Shown here piece after piece: positions 1 through 6,691 of a stretch of 13,214 bases of DNA. The position numbers and the translations under genes are program-made. Position 1 is the stretch's first letter; the number at the start of each line of letters is the position of its first letter. The DNA is from Candidatus Zixiibacteriota bacterium. GTDB lineage: Bacteria; Zixibacteria; MSB-5A5; WJJR01. Below the pieces are notes generated by a model that saw nothing but the letters and a program-made list of their open reading frames with translations, searched no databases and was not told the DNA's origin. Location: the NCBI GenBank assembly GCA_036170655.1, contig JAVHPP010000078.1, positions 1 to 13,214 on the forward strand, in the 5' to 3' direction.

Positions 1-2
1 CG

Positions 3-404
3 CATCGGGCGGTGTCGTGCAACCAATGCCATACGAGCGGATTTGCGGGAACGCCAACCACCTGCGATGGCTGTCATGACGCCAAGTACCGTGCAACGAC
101 CAACCCGAATCATCTCAGCGCACATTTCCCAACCGACTGCATTTCCTGCCACACAACATCGGCGTGGCAACCGGCGAATTGGGATCATGACGGCCGTTTC
201 TTCCCGATCTATTCAGGAAAACACCAGGGAAAGTGGAGCACCTGTGCCGATTGTCATGTCAATCCGGCGAATTACAGCGCCTTCGAGTGCATCTTCTGCC
301 ATGAACACAATCAGACGAAGATGGATTCGAAGCATACTGGTGAGAGTGGGTACCGGTATGCCAGTTCCGCCTGCTACAACTGTCATCCGCGAGGGAAGGG
401 TTGA
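3..404 (+). CDS. Multiheme c-type cytochrome, C-terminal fragment (5'-truncated by window edge), six CxxCH heme-binding motifs visible
   Basis: The frame is open from nt 3 (H-R-A-V-S-C...) to TGA at 402-404. Motifs: CNQCH (18), CDGCH (63), CISCH (138), CADCH (243), CIFCH (288), CYNCH (372). Spare His residues (NPNH, WDH, GKH, HEH, SKH) could serve as distal heme ligands. The GTG at 12 is almost certainly internal. Confidence 0.95.
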   Translation, partial: HRAVSCNQCHTSGFAGTPTTCDGCHDAKYRATTNPNHLSAHFPTDCISCHTTSAWQPANWDHDGRFFPIYSGKHQGKWSTCADCHVNPANYSAFECIFCHEHNQTKMDSKHTGESGYRYASSACYNCHPRGKG

Positions 405-2077
405 AAGACAACAACTTCTGTCAGGCGAGACGTTCGGCGCTCCATCGCGCCAGCATCGGGTGGTGGATTGGTCTGGGCATCATTCCCCTGACCGCTGTTT
501 CGTGCGCTTGGGCGAGTGAGCCTAAAGACGCATTCACGGTCACGTATTTATCGTCGGAACTCGTCTACCTGAACGGTGGAACCGACGCCGGCTTGGCGAT
601 CGGGGATCGTGGGATCATCAGGCAAAAGGACAGCGCGGTCGTGGAGATCGAGGTGGCGTATGTAGCGTCTCACTCCTCTTCCGGCCGGATTCTGCGGCTC
701 GAGCGGGATGTGCAGGTCGGGGATACTGTGCATATAACGGCGAGAGCGGATCGTCCCATGACACCTCCCGGGCCGGAGGCGAGTTCGGGCAAGATGACGA
801 CCGATCAGGCCGCCGGTCCGAAGTCGGCTGCCCTCAAACCTGGTGGCACACGGTTGGCGAGTCTCGGCGGGAGCGTCTATCTTCTGTACAATCGTTGGGA
901 TGACCGGCAGCACACTGATCTAGGGTTCCGACAGGCGAATGTTAGTCTCAATTTGCAGGCGCGCCGAATCGCGGGCACGGACCTGACACTGACTGTCCGC
1001 ACCAGCGGATATCGCGATCAGCAAAACCGGCCGTTCGGCCAGAGCAACCGCGGGGATGAGTGGAGCAGCCGCATCTCGGCCCTCTTTCTGACATACAGCG
1101 CTGTCAAGGTGGGATTGACGATACAGGGTGGACGGATGGCCGCGACGCGAGTCGGCGGTATTGGGTTTATCGATGGACTGCTGATTGAACAGCGCGCCTC
1201 AGAGCACTTCGCTGTTGGTGCGCTGGGAGGCGCTCAGCCGCGATGGCAGTACTCGGACAACATCATGTCGCTGGAACGGGCTGGTGTGTACCTGAGTTAC
1301 AACAAAGGGAACTACCGTACGACCATGATCGAAGCCACTCTTGCAGCGCTGGGGGAATATCATCACGCCACCCTGAGCCGAGAGGTTCTCTACACGCAGG
1401 AACGTCTCAGCATCGGCGACCGGTTCAGCCTTATGCAGAACTCTGAAATCGACGTGAACCGTGGCTGGCGGCACCAGCGTGCGGGAGAGCAGTTCACCCT
1501 GACCAGCTTCTACATCAACGGGCGATATCGACTAACGAGCTGGTGGGCGGCCGGCATGACATACGACGATCGCAAGAACTACTGGACGTATGAGATCCGG
1601 ACCCTTGCGGACAGCCTCTTTGATGATCATTTCCGCCAGGGGTTGCACACGCAATGGGATTTCACCCTGCCGGCGCGGATCGCCGCCAGTGCGAGTGTGG
1701 GTGTACGTGGTCTGAGCACAGCCCCAGACAAGACTTACTCATACACGGCCAGTCTGCGCAAGAGCGGACTTTGGAACTCCGGTTCTACGATCGATTGGCA
1801 GGGAGCGGGGTTCTCCGGGTCGCTCGAAGATGGGTATGACCTGTCGTCGCACTTGGGACAGTACATACGAGGACGCAATTACATCAGTGTCGGCGCGGGT
1901 CAGTACGGTTACAAGGGCGCGGGACAAAGTGGCGTCCACCGGGTCAATCGCTGGGTCGAAGGATCGGTGCGTGTCGATCTCCTTCGGCACCTGTCGGTAA
2001 GTACAGAATACCGTTACAGCAAGGGTAACGACGTCAACGGCCAGCGTATTCAGACAAGTCTGAGCTACATCCTGTAA
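401..2077 (+). CDS. Exported outer-membrane beta-barrel protein, putative porin of a porin-cytochrome conduit, with a small N-terminal soluble beta-domain
   Basis: The TTG start overlaps the cytochrome stop (TTGA at 401-404) and follows GAGGGAAGGG. The N-terminus has a basic region, a hydrophobic stretch and an AWA|SE signal peptidase site. From about aa 154 there are alternating hydrophobic/polar strands rich in Y/W/G/S/R (GGSVYLLYNRW, NVSLNLQARR, AGVYLSYN, FYINGRYRL, LSVSTEYRYS). The C-terminal strand QTSLSYIL has Tyr at -3. The barrel call is solid; the cytochrome-porin role is inferred from context. Confidence 0.8.
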   Translation: MKDNNFCQARRSALHRASIGWWIGLGIIPLTAVSCAWASEPKDAFTVTYLSSELVYLNGGTDAGLAIGDRGIIRQKDSAVVEIEVAYVASHSSSGRILRLERDVQVGDTVHITARADRPMTPPGPEASSGKMTTDQAAGPKSAALKPGGTRLASLGGSVYLLYNRWDDRQHTDLGFRQANVSLNLQARRIAGTDLTLTVRTSGYRDQQNRPFGQSNRGDEWSSRISALFLTYSAVKVGLTIQGGRMAATRVGGIGFIDGLLIEQRASEHFAVGALGGAQPRWQYSDNIMSLERAGVYLSYNKGNYRTTMIEATLAALGEYHHATLSREVLYTQERLSIGDRFSLMQNSEIDVNRGWRHQRAGEQFTLTSFYINGRYRLTSWWAAGMTYDDRKNYWTYEIRTLADSLFDDHFRQGLHTQWDFTLPARIAASASVGVRGLSTAPDKTYSYTASLRKSGLWNSGSTIDWQGAGFSGSLEDGYDLSSHLGQYIRGRNYISVGAGQYGYKGAGQSGVHRVNRWVEGSVRVDLLRHLSVSTEYRYSKGNDVNGQRIQTSLSYIL

Positions 2078-2088
2078 GACGGAGAAGA

Positions 2089-3528
2089 ATGGCTGTGATC
2101 GCGGCCTTGGCACACATGGAGCACACACTCATCTGGTCCGTCGTGGTGGCGATCACGCTGGGTATCGTCGTCCCGTATTATGTCCGGTTCCGCCGGGTAC
2201 ACCGGCATGCCGCCCAACAGAAGAAAGAAGCACACGAGCTCGGCATCGACCGTGCGCGGGCACAGTACCCTCACATCAACGTGTCGCTGTGCATCGGCTG
2301 CGGTTCCTGTGCCCGGGCATGCCCTGAAGAAGATGTCTTGGCTGTTGTCCTCGGGACGGCGACGGTGGTCAACGGTGTGCGTTGCGTGGGGCACGGCCAC
2401 TGTGCAACGGCCTGTCCGGTCGGGGCTATCACGATTGGGCTGGGCGACATCCGCTCGCGAGATGATATCCCGGTGATGAATGAGTACTACGAGACGACCG
2501 TCCCCGGCTTGTACATCGCTGGTGAACTGGGTGGCCAGTCGCTCATCCGCAATGCCATCGACCAGGGCCACCGTGCGGTTGAACGCATTGCGCAGACGTC
2601 GGCGGGTGGCTCACGGGGAGATATGCTGGATGTCATCATTGTGGGGGCGGGGCCCGCGGGATTCAGCGCGGCGCTGACCGCCATCCAGCACAAGTTGTCC
2701 TACGTGGTTTTGGAGGAGCGGGACGTCGGAGGCACCATCCTGCACTATCCGCGCCGCAAGCTGGTGATGACCCAACCGGTGGAGATCCCGCTCTACGGCT
2801 GGCTGCGCCGTGAAGAATACTCTAAAGAAGACCTGGTCGCTATCTGGCAGGAGATCACCGGCAACTTCAATCCCGAGATTCGCACGGGGGAAAAGGTCGA
2901 ACACATCCGGCAGGAGCCTGACGGTCTGGTTGTGCAAACCCAGAATGGAGCGCACAAAGCACGCAATGTTGTCTTGGCAATGGGACGCCGTGGGACACCG
3001 CGCAAGCTGGATGTGCCGGGAGAAGATCTGTCCAAAGTCATGTATCAACTTGTTGATGCGCAGTCGTATTCCGGTCTGCATCTGCTGGTCGTCGGCGGCG
3101 GAGACAGCGCCGTCGAGGCGGCTGTAGGTCTGGCCCGCCAGCCGGGAAACACGGTGACCGTCTCATACCGGAAGAACGCTTTCTTCCGTGTGAAGAAAAA
3201 GAACGAGGTGCTCGTAAATCGCTTTATTGAACAGGGGATCATTCACCCCATCTTCGATTCCCAAGTGGTGGAGATCAGGGAGAAATCGGTCGTGCTGCGA
3301 TCGCCTGCTGGGCAGACCGAACTACCGAATGATTATGTTTTTGTTTTCATTGGAGGGACGCCGCCGTTTCCCGTGCTGCGTGAGGCCGGCATCGCTTTCG
3401 GGAGTGACATGCCGGCGCACGAAAAGCGTCCCAAGCTTCCCGCCGCCGGGTATGGCAAGTTAGGATTGATTAAGACTCCAGCGCCGATTGTCTCCGCTCA
3501 ACCGCCCGATTTGCAGACGGTCGCCTGA
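2089..3528 (+). CDS. Membrane-anchored ferredoxin (two Fe-S motifs) fused to a TrxB/YpdA-like FAD/NAD(P)H-dependent oxidoreductase
   Basis: GGAG RBS at 2081-2084 precedes ATG 2089. A TM helix (IWSVVVAITLGIVVPYYV) is followed by basic RFRRVHRH. Motifs: CIGCGSCARACP (2290), CVGHGHCATACP (2383), TTVPGLYIAGE, FAD Rossmann DVIIVGAGPAG (ending near 2661), VVLAMGRRG (ATG-motif equivalent), NADPH-type VVGGGDSAVEAA with downstream VSYRK, and VFVFIGG. Confidence 0.92.
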   Translation: MAVIAALAHMEHTLIWSVVVAITLGIVVPYYVRFRRVHRHAAQQKKEAHELGIDRARAQYPHINVSLCIGCGSCARACPEEDVLAVVLGTATVVNGVRCVGHGHCATACPVGAITIGLGDIRSRDDIPVMNEYYETTVPGLYIAGELGGQSLIRNAIDQGHRAVERIAQTSAGGSRGDMLDVIIVGAGPAGFSAALTAIQHKLSYVVLEERDVGGTILHYPRRKLVMTQPVEIPLYGWLRREEYSKEDLVAIWQEITGNFNPEIRTGEKVEHIRQEPDGLVVQTQNGAHKARNVVLAMGRRGTPRKLDVPGEDLSKVMYQLVDAQSYSGLHLLVVGGGDSAVEAAVGLARQPGNTVTVSYRKNAFFRVKKKNEVLVNRFIEQGIIHPIFDSQVVEIREKSVVLRSPAGQTELPNDYVFVFIGGTPPFPVLREAGIAFGSDMPAHEKRPKLPAAGYGKLGLIKTPAPIVSAQPPDLQTVA

Positions 3529-3618
3529 AGCGCGCCCCGATTTTCTCTGTCCGGACATCGATAAGAGGCAGGCAGGTCCGTCTCCTGTTCGTCAATTTGT
3601 ACTGAATCCGTCCGGGGG

Positions 3619-4353
3619 CTACAATCCCATTATGTGCCACTGTGCCAGCGTCGCGCGGCAAAATTCCCGCACTTTGGCAATGGCGCCCTCACGATAGCGG
3701 CGTCCCTTTCCCTCATCGAATACCGGAGCGCCCTGCCCCTCTTTGTAGGTGATGACAGGGCCGGGGAATGGGTAGACGGTGACGGCGGGATTGAAGTTCA
3801 CGGACATGGCATCCTTGTACAAGTCGGGACGGACGGTCTCCGGACGGATGGCCATCACGTACCCGTTTTCGTCGCAGCCGGCATGGCCGCCTGCCTGTTG
3901 ATAGACTTCCTCGCAGACGGAGTTGGCGAGAATCCACCAGTCAACGACGAGGACCTTGATCTTGGTGCGTGCGTGAACGGACCACGCCGCCTGTTTCAAT
4001 GTCTGCGTGTTGCCACCGTGTCCGTTGATGACAATCAGATGCTCAAATCGCCAGTCCGCGATGCTGGCAAAGACGCTTTGGCAGTATGACAGTAGGGCGG
4101 ACTCATCGACCCCGAGGGACCCGTGATACCCGGCCAGTCCCCTCACCTGTCCGTAATGGATGGGTGGACAGATCAACGCCGACAGGTCATCGGCGATCTG
4201 TGCCACCATGTCAATCGGGATGAAGTTGTCTGTGCCCAGCGGCCCGACACCATGCGCTTCGACGGTGCCAACGGGGACAATGGCCGTGGGGAATTCGTTC
4301 GGCACACGCCGTTGGAACTCGATCCAGTTCAGATCCTCCCAGTAAGTTGCCAC
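3619..4353 (-). CDS. Creatininase-family (creatinine amidohydrolase/MftE/ArfB-like) binuclear metallo-amidohydrolase
   Basis: Motifs PVGTVEAHG, LGTD, INGHGGN and GHAGCDE supply the family E/H/D/H/E metal ligands. I moved the start from 4377 to GTG 4353 because GGAGG (4358-4362) lies just upstream and the resulting N-terminus (MATYWEDLNW.EF) matches the usual family start. Confidence 0.9.
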   Translation of the reverse strand: MATYWEDLNWIEFQRRVPNEFPTAIVPVGTVEAHGVGPLGTDNFIPIDMVAQIADDLSALICPPIHYGQVRGLAGYHGSLGVDESALLSYCQSVFASIADWRFEHLIVINGHGGNTQTLKQAAWSVHARTKIKVLVVDWWILANSVCEEVYQQAGGHAGCDENGYVMAIRPETVRPDLYKDAMSVNFNPAVTVYPFPGPVITYKEGQGAPVFDEGKGRRYREGAIAKVREFCRATLAQWHIMGL

Positions 4354-4422
4354 ACGTCCTCCGCAATGGCCCGGCACGCGAATGCACGCAGCGGTTTGTC
4401 TCTGACCAATTCGGCCAGCGAA

Positions 4423-5181
4423 TCAGTCCAAGTGGCCGTCACCGTATGGCAAGCCGTCGATGAACTCGGCCAGGATGCTTTCCGTGCATCGGGCGGTCTC
4501 TTCGTCGCCGATGAATCGGCAGTGATTGATCTCATGAATAATGAATTCAAGGTCTTCTTGATGGACGACATCGTAAGAAAGTTCGCTCTCCTGCCAGGTG
4601 AGTCCCGCTTTGGACAGGGCGCTGGTCGAGTGCTGGTAGGATACATCTGACCCCAGTGTCACCAGTCCGATGGCCTTGCGGCAGTCAGCGCGCAAGCCGA
4701 TCAGGTAGCAGCCGCCCTCGATCGTGGGACCTAAGATCAGGGGATGCTGACGCAAATGTCTGAGGGCTTCACTGAGGCGATGAGGGTCCAGCGTTGGGTG
4801 GTACCCGCCCACCATGACTACGCGTTCGTAGCCGTTGTCGAGACAGTGCTCCAAGCTGCCGGCTGTCCGTTCTTCCAGTGGCGCCACCGTCTGGGTAATG
4901 ATCTCCACCCGCTCGGGTAATTCACGGAATCGTTTGCGGCGCGCAAAGCGGGTTGCGAGATGACTGATGGCAACTTTGGCCCACCCGGCGCGGTTGGGCG
5001 GTGCCACGGCGATCTTGATGTCCACCGGTTCGATCTCCGCGACCTGTCGCAGCGTGTCCTCGAAGAAAGCGCGTTTCAGCCGCAACATTTTCTCATCGTC
5101 GAAAACGCGCAGGATCGGGATCGGCTCGTCTGGGCCTGCCGGATTCCTGAGTTGCACGATGATTGCGTCCTTCTGAGTCAC
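4423..5181 (-). CDS. DUF2064 / TIGR04282-like (CofC-related GT-A fold) protein with degenerate motifs
   Basis: The segments LKRAFFEDTL, QTVAPLEERT, GYERVVMVGGYHPTL, LILGPTIEGGCYLIGL and SYDVVHQEDL match the DUF2064 layout (LGPxxDGGYYLIG; DVDxxxDL). I moved the start to GTG 5181, which is preceded by GGAGAGG (5189-5195). Confidence 0.8.
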   Translation of the reverse strand: MTQKDAIIVQLRNPAGPDEPIPILRVFDDEKMLRLKRAFFEDTLRQVAEIEPVDIKIAVAPPNRAGWAKVAISHLATRFARRKRFRELPERVEIITQTVAPLEERTAGSLEHCLDNGYERVVMVGGYHPTLDPHRLSEALRHLRQHPLILGPTIEGGCYLIGLRADCRKAIGLVTLGSDVSYQHSTSALSKAGLTWQESELSYDVVHQEDLEFIIHEINHCRFIGDEETARCTESILAEFIDGLPYGDGHLD

Positions 5182-5200
5182 GATGAGACCTCTCCGCGCG

Positions 5201-5229
5201 AGTATAACGAACCGGCGGACGCGGAACAA
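5201..5229 (-). promoter_or_regulatory. Candidate sigma70-type internal promoter for the DUF2064-creatininase pair
   Basis: Minus strand reads TTGTTC (5229-5224), a 17-bp spacer, then TATACT (5206-5201). It lies in the nadD-DUF2064 gap just upstream of the RBS. Confidence 0.5.
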
Positions 5230-5243
5230 GGGGGTGGAAGATC

Positions 5244-5822
5244 TTATCGCGAGCGATAAAGCCCGACACGGGCGATGTAGGATGCGACCGCGGCCGGTGT
5301 CAGAAAATCGATCGATGCGCCTGCGGCCACCTGTGCGCGAATGGCTGATGCGGAGATGTCGATACGCGGCATTTGGATCACACGCGATCCGGGTGCACCC
5401 TCGTCGGGCAGCACGCCGTCACGCGTGACGAGCGCAAGTTGCACCATCTGTAGGACGGCGTGGGACTCCCTCCAGCGGGGCAGATCCCTCGCGCTGTCGG
5501 CGCCAAGGATGAGGAAGAAATCGCTGTCGGGAAAGAGGGTGCGCAGTTCCTTCAGTGTCTCCACCATGTAGGAAATACCGCCACGCCGTCCTTCAATGTC
5601 ACTGACCCTGAATCCGCGGACGTCGCCGATGGCCAGCCGCAGCATCTCCAGACGGTCCGCAAACGAAGCCACCGGAGCTGCCGCCTTGAGCGGGGAACGG
5701 GCGTTCGGTATGAAAAGAAAATCGTCCGTGTCCAACTGGTCACGGGCACAACTGGCGAGGATCAGATGGCCGATATGGACGGGGTCAAATGTCCCGCCGA
5801 GTATTCCAATGCGACGCGCCAC
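5244..5822 (-). CDS. nadD: Nicotinate-nucleotide adenylyltransferase
   Basis: IGILGGTFDPVHIGH (HIGH motif), SPLK, RLEML, SYMVETL, ILGADS..LPRW and IDISASAIR. The 192-aa length is typical. GTG start. Confidence 0.96.
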   Translation of the reverse strand: MARRIGILGGTFDPVHIGHLILASCARDQLDTDDFLFIPNARSPLKAAAPVASFADRLEMLRLAIGDVRGFRVSDIEGRRGGISYMVETLKELRTLFPDSDFFLILGADSARDLPRWRESHAVLQMVQLALVTRDGVLPDEGAPGSRVIQMPRIDISASAIRAQVAAGASIDFLTPAAVASYIARVGLYRSR

Positions 5823-5837
5823 TCTTCTGCTTCCCTA

Positions 5838-6647
5838 TCACTCTGCGGCCCGCGGCAGGGCCTGTTCGCGGGCAATCTTGGCGACGCGCTTCCGCGCCTT
5901 TGCCGTCAGGGAGTGATCCGGGTATAAATAAATCAGCTTTTCGTACAATTCGACGGCTTGTTTCAAAGAATCAGATTCCCGCTGCCCCTCGGCCATGTAG
6001 TACAACGCATCGGGTACGAGTGGTGACTCTGTGTATCGGTCGATCATTTCCTGCAGATATACGCGCGAAGCCCGGTACTGTCCCATCTTGTAGTAGAGGA
6101 CGCCGGTGCGGAAATCCTTCTGAGACATTCGGCGCAAGGCGGTTTGCAGGAGCGTGTCGGCCGACGTGACGTACTCTGAAAGCGGATGATTGTCCTTGAA
6201 CTGTTGCAGTTCATCGATGGCGGTTTTTGTCTGTTCCTGATCGAGTCCGGGGTTGCCGGGCGCCGCGCTGAGGAGACAGCGGCAGCGCATGAGGTCCGCC
6301 TGGTCAACCAACGGACTGGTCGGATACCGCGTGCGAATACGAAGAAACTCAGCGGCGCCGACGATGGGATCGTTCTGCTTGTAGTGACACATGGCCAGCA
6401 GGAACTGGGCGGAATCGACCAATGAACTCCCGGGGTGATTGAACACGACGATCTCGAATGCGAGCCGGGCCTTCTCCCATTTGCCCTTATTGTACATCTG
6501 ACGGGCTTCGTCAAATGCGGTTTGGGCTGAGGTCGGCTGCGGCGGAACGCTGCCGGAGCATCCTGCCCATCCGCCCAGCAGCAGAAAGACAGGAACAAGG
6601 CGGGTGCAGAACGCGCGACAATGGCTTGATGTCAAAAGGTGTCTCAT
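5838..6647 (-). CDS. bamD: Outer membrane protein assembly lipoprotein BamD (ComL/YfiO family, TPR repeats)
   Basis: The likely start is ATG 6647 after GGGAAGGG. The signal peptide ends in a lipobox-like LLLGGWAG|C. TPR helices include HPGSSLVDSAQFLLAMCHY and YPTSPLVDQA. The BamD-typical DQEQTKTAIDELQQFKDNHPLSEY and LYYKMGQYRAS are present. Confidence 0.9.
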   Translation of the reverse strand: MRHLLTSSHCRAFCTRLVPVFLLLGGWAGCSGSVPPQPTSAQTAFDEARQMYNKGKWEKARLAFEIVVFNHPGSSLVDSAQFLLAMCHYKQNDPIVGAAEFLRIRTRYPTSPLVDQADLMRCRCLLSAAPGNPGLDQEQTKTAIDELQQFKDNHPLSEYVTSADTLLQTALRRMSQKDFRTGVLYYKMGQYRASRVYLQEMIDRYTESPLVPDALYYMAEGQRESDSLKQAVELYEKLIYLYPDHSLTAKARKRVAKIAREQALPRAAE

Positions 6648-6662
6648 CCCTTCCCGTCCAGA

Positions 6663-6691
6663 AACATACGTTTCCCGTGGCATGGCTTCAA
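6663..6691 (-). promoter_or_regulatory. Candidate sigma70-type promoter for bamD-nadD
   Basis: Minus strand reads TTGAAG (6691-6686), a 17-bp spacer, then TATGTT (6668-6663), ending 15 nt upstream of the bamD ATG. The -10 sits inside a GAAAC-N4-GTTTC palindrome (6661-6674). Confidence 0.4.

Noticed and set aside
393..400. GGGNAGGG (KOPS-like) octamers at 393-400 (+), about 3731-3738 (-) and 6648-6655 (-), in a window containing ftsK
   Set aside because: They are few and on both strands, and two coincide with ribosome-binding sites. No polarity signal can be inferred.
402..404. Selenocysteine or readthrough at the cytochrome TGA
   Set aside because: CHPRGKG is a natural-looking C-terminus and the TGA overlaps the next gene's start codon, as is typical of translational coupling.
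2089..3528. Annotation as thioredoxin reductase (trxB) or bacillithiol reductase (ypdA)
   Set aside because: It has no redox CxxC, a permuted motif order, and an added TM helix and ferredoxin domain. It shares the fold but is not an evident ortholog.
5182..5229. TTG start at 5229 for the DUF2064 gene
   Set aside because: That TTG is the -35 of a promoter candidate. GTG 5181 has a strong RBS.
5417..5430. Perfect 14-bp palindrome CGTCACGCGTGACG
   Set aside because: It lies inside nadD coding sequence (LVTRDG), occurs once and is compatible with chance.
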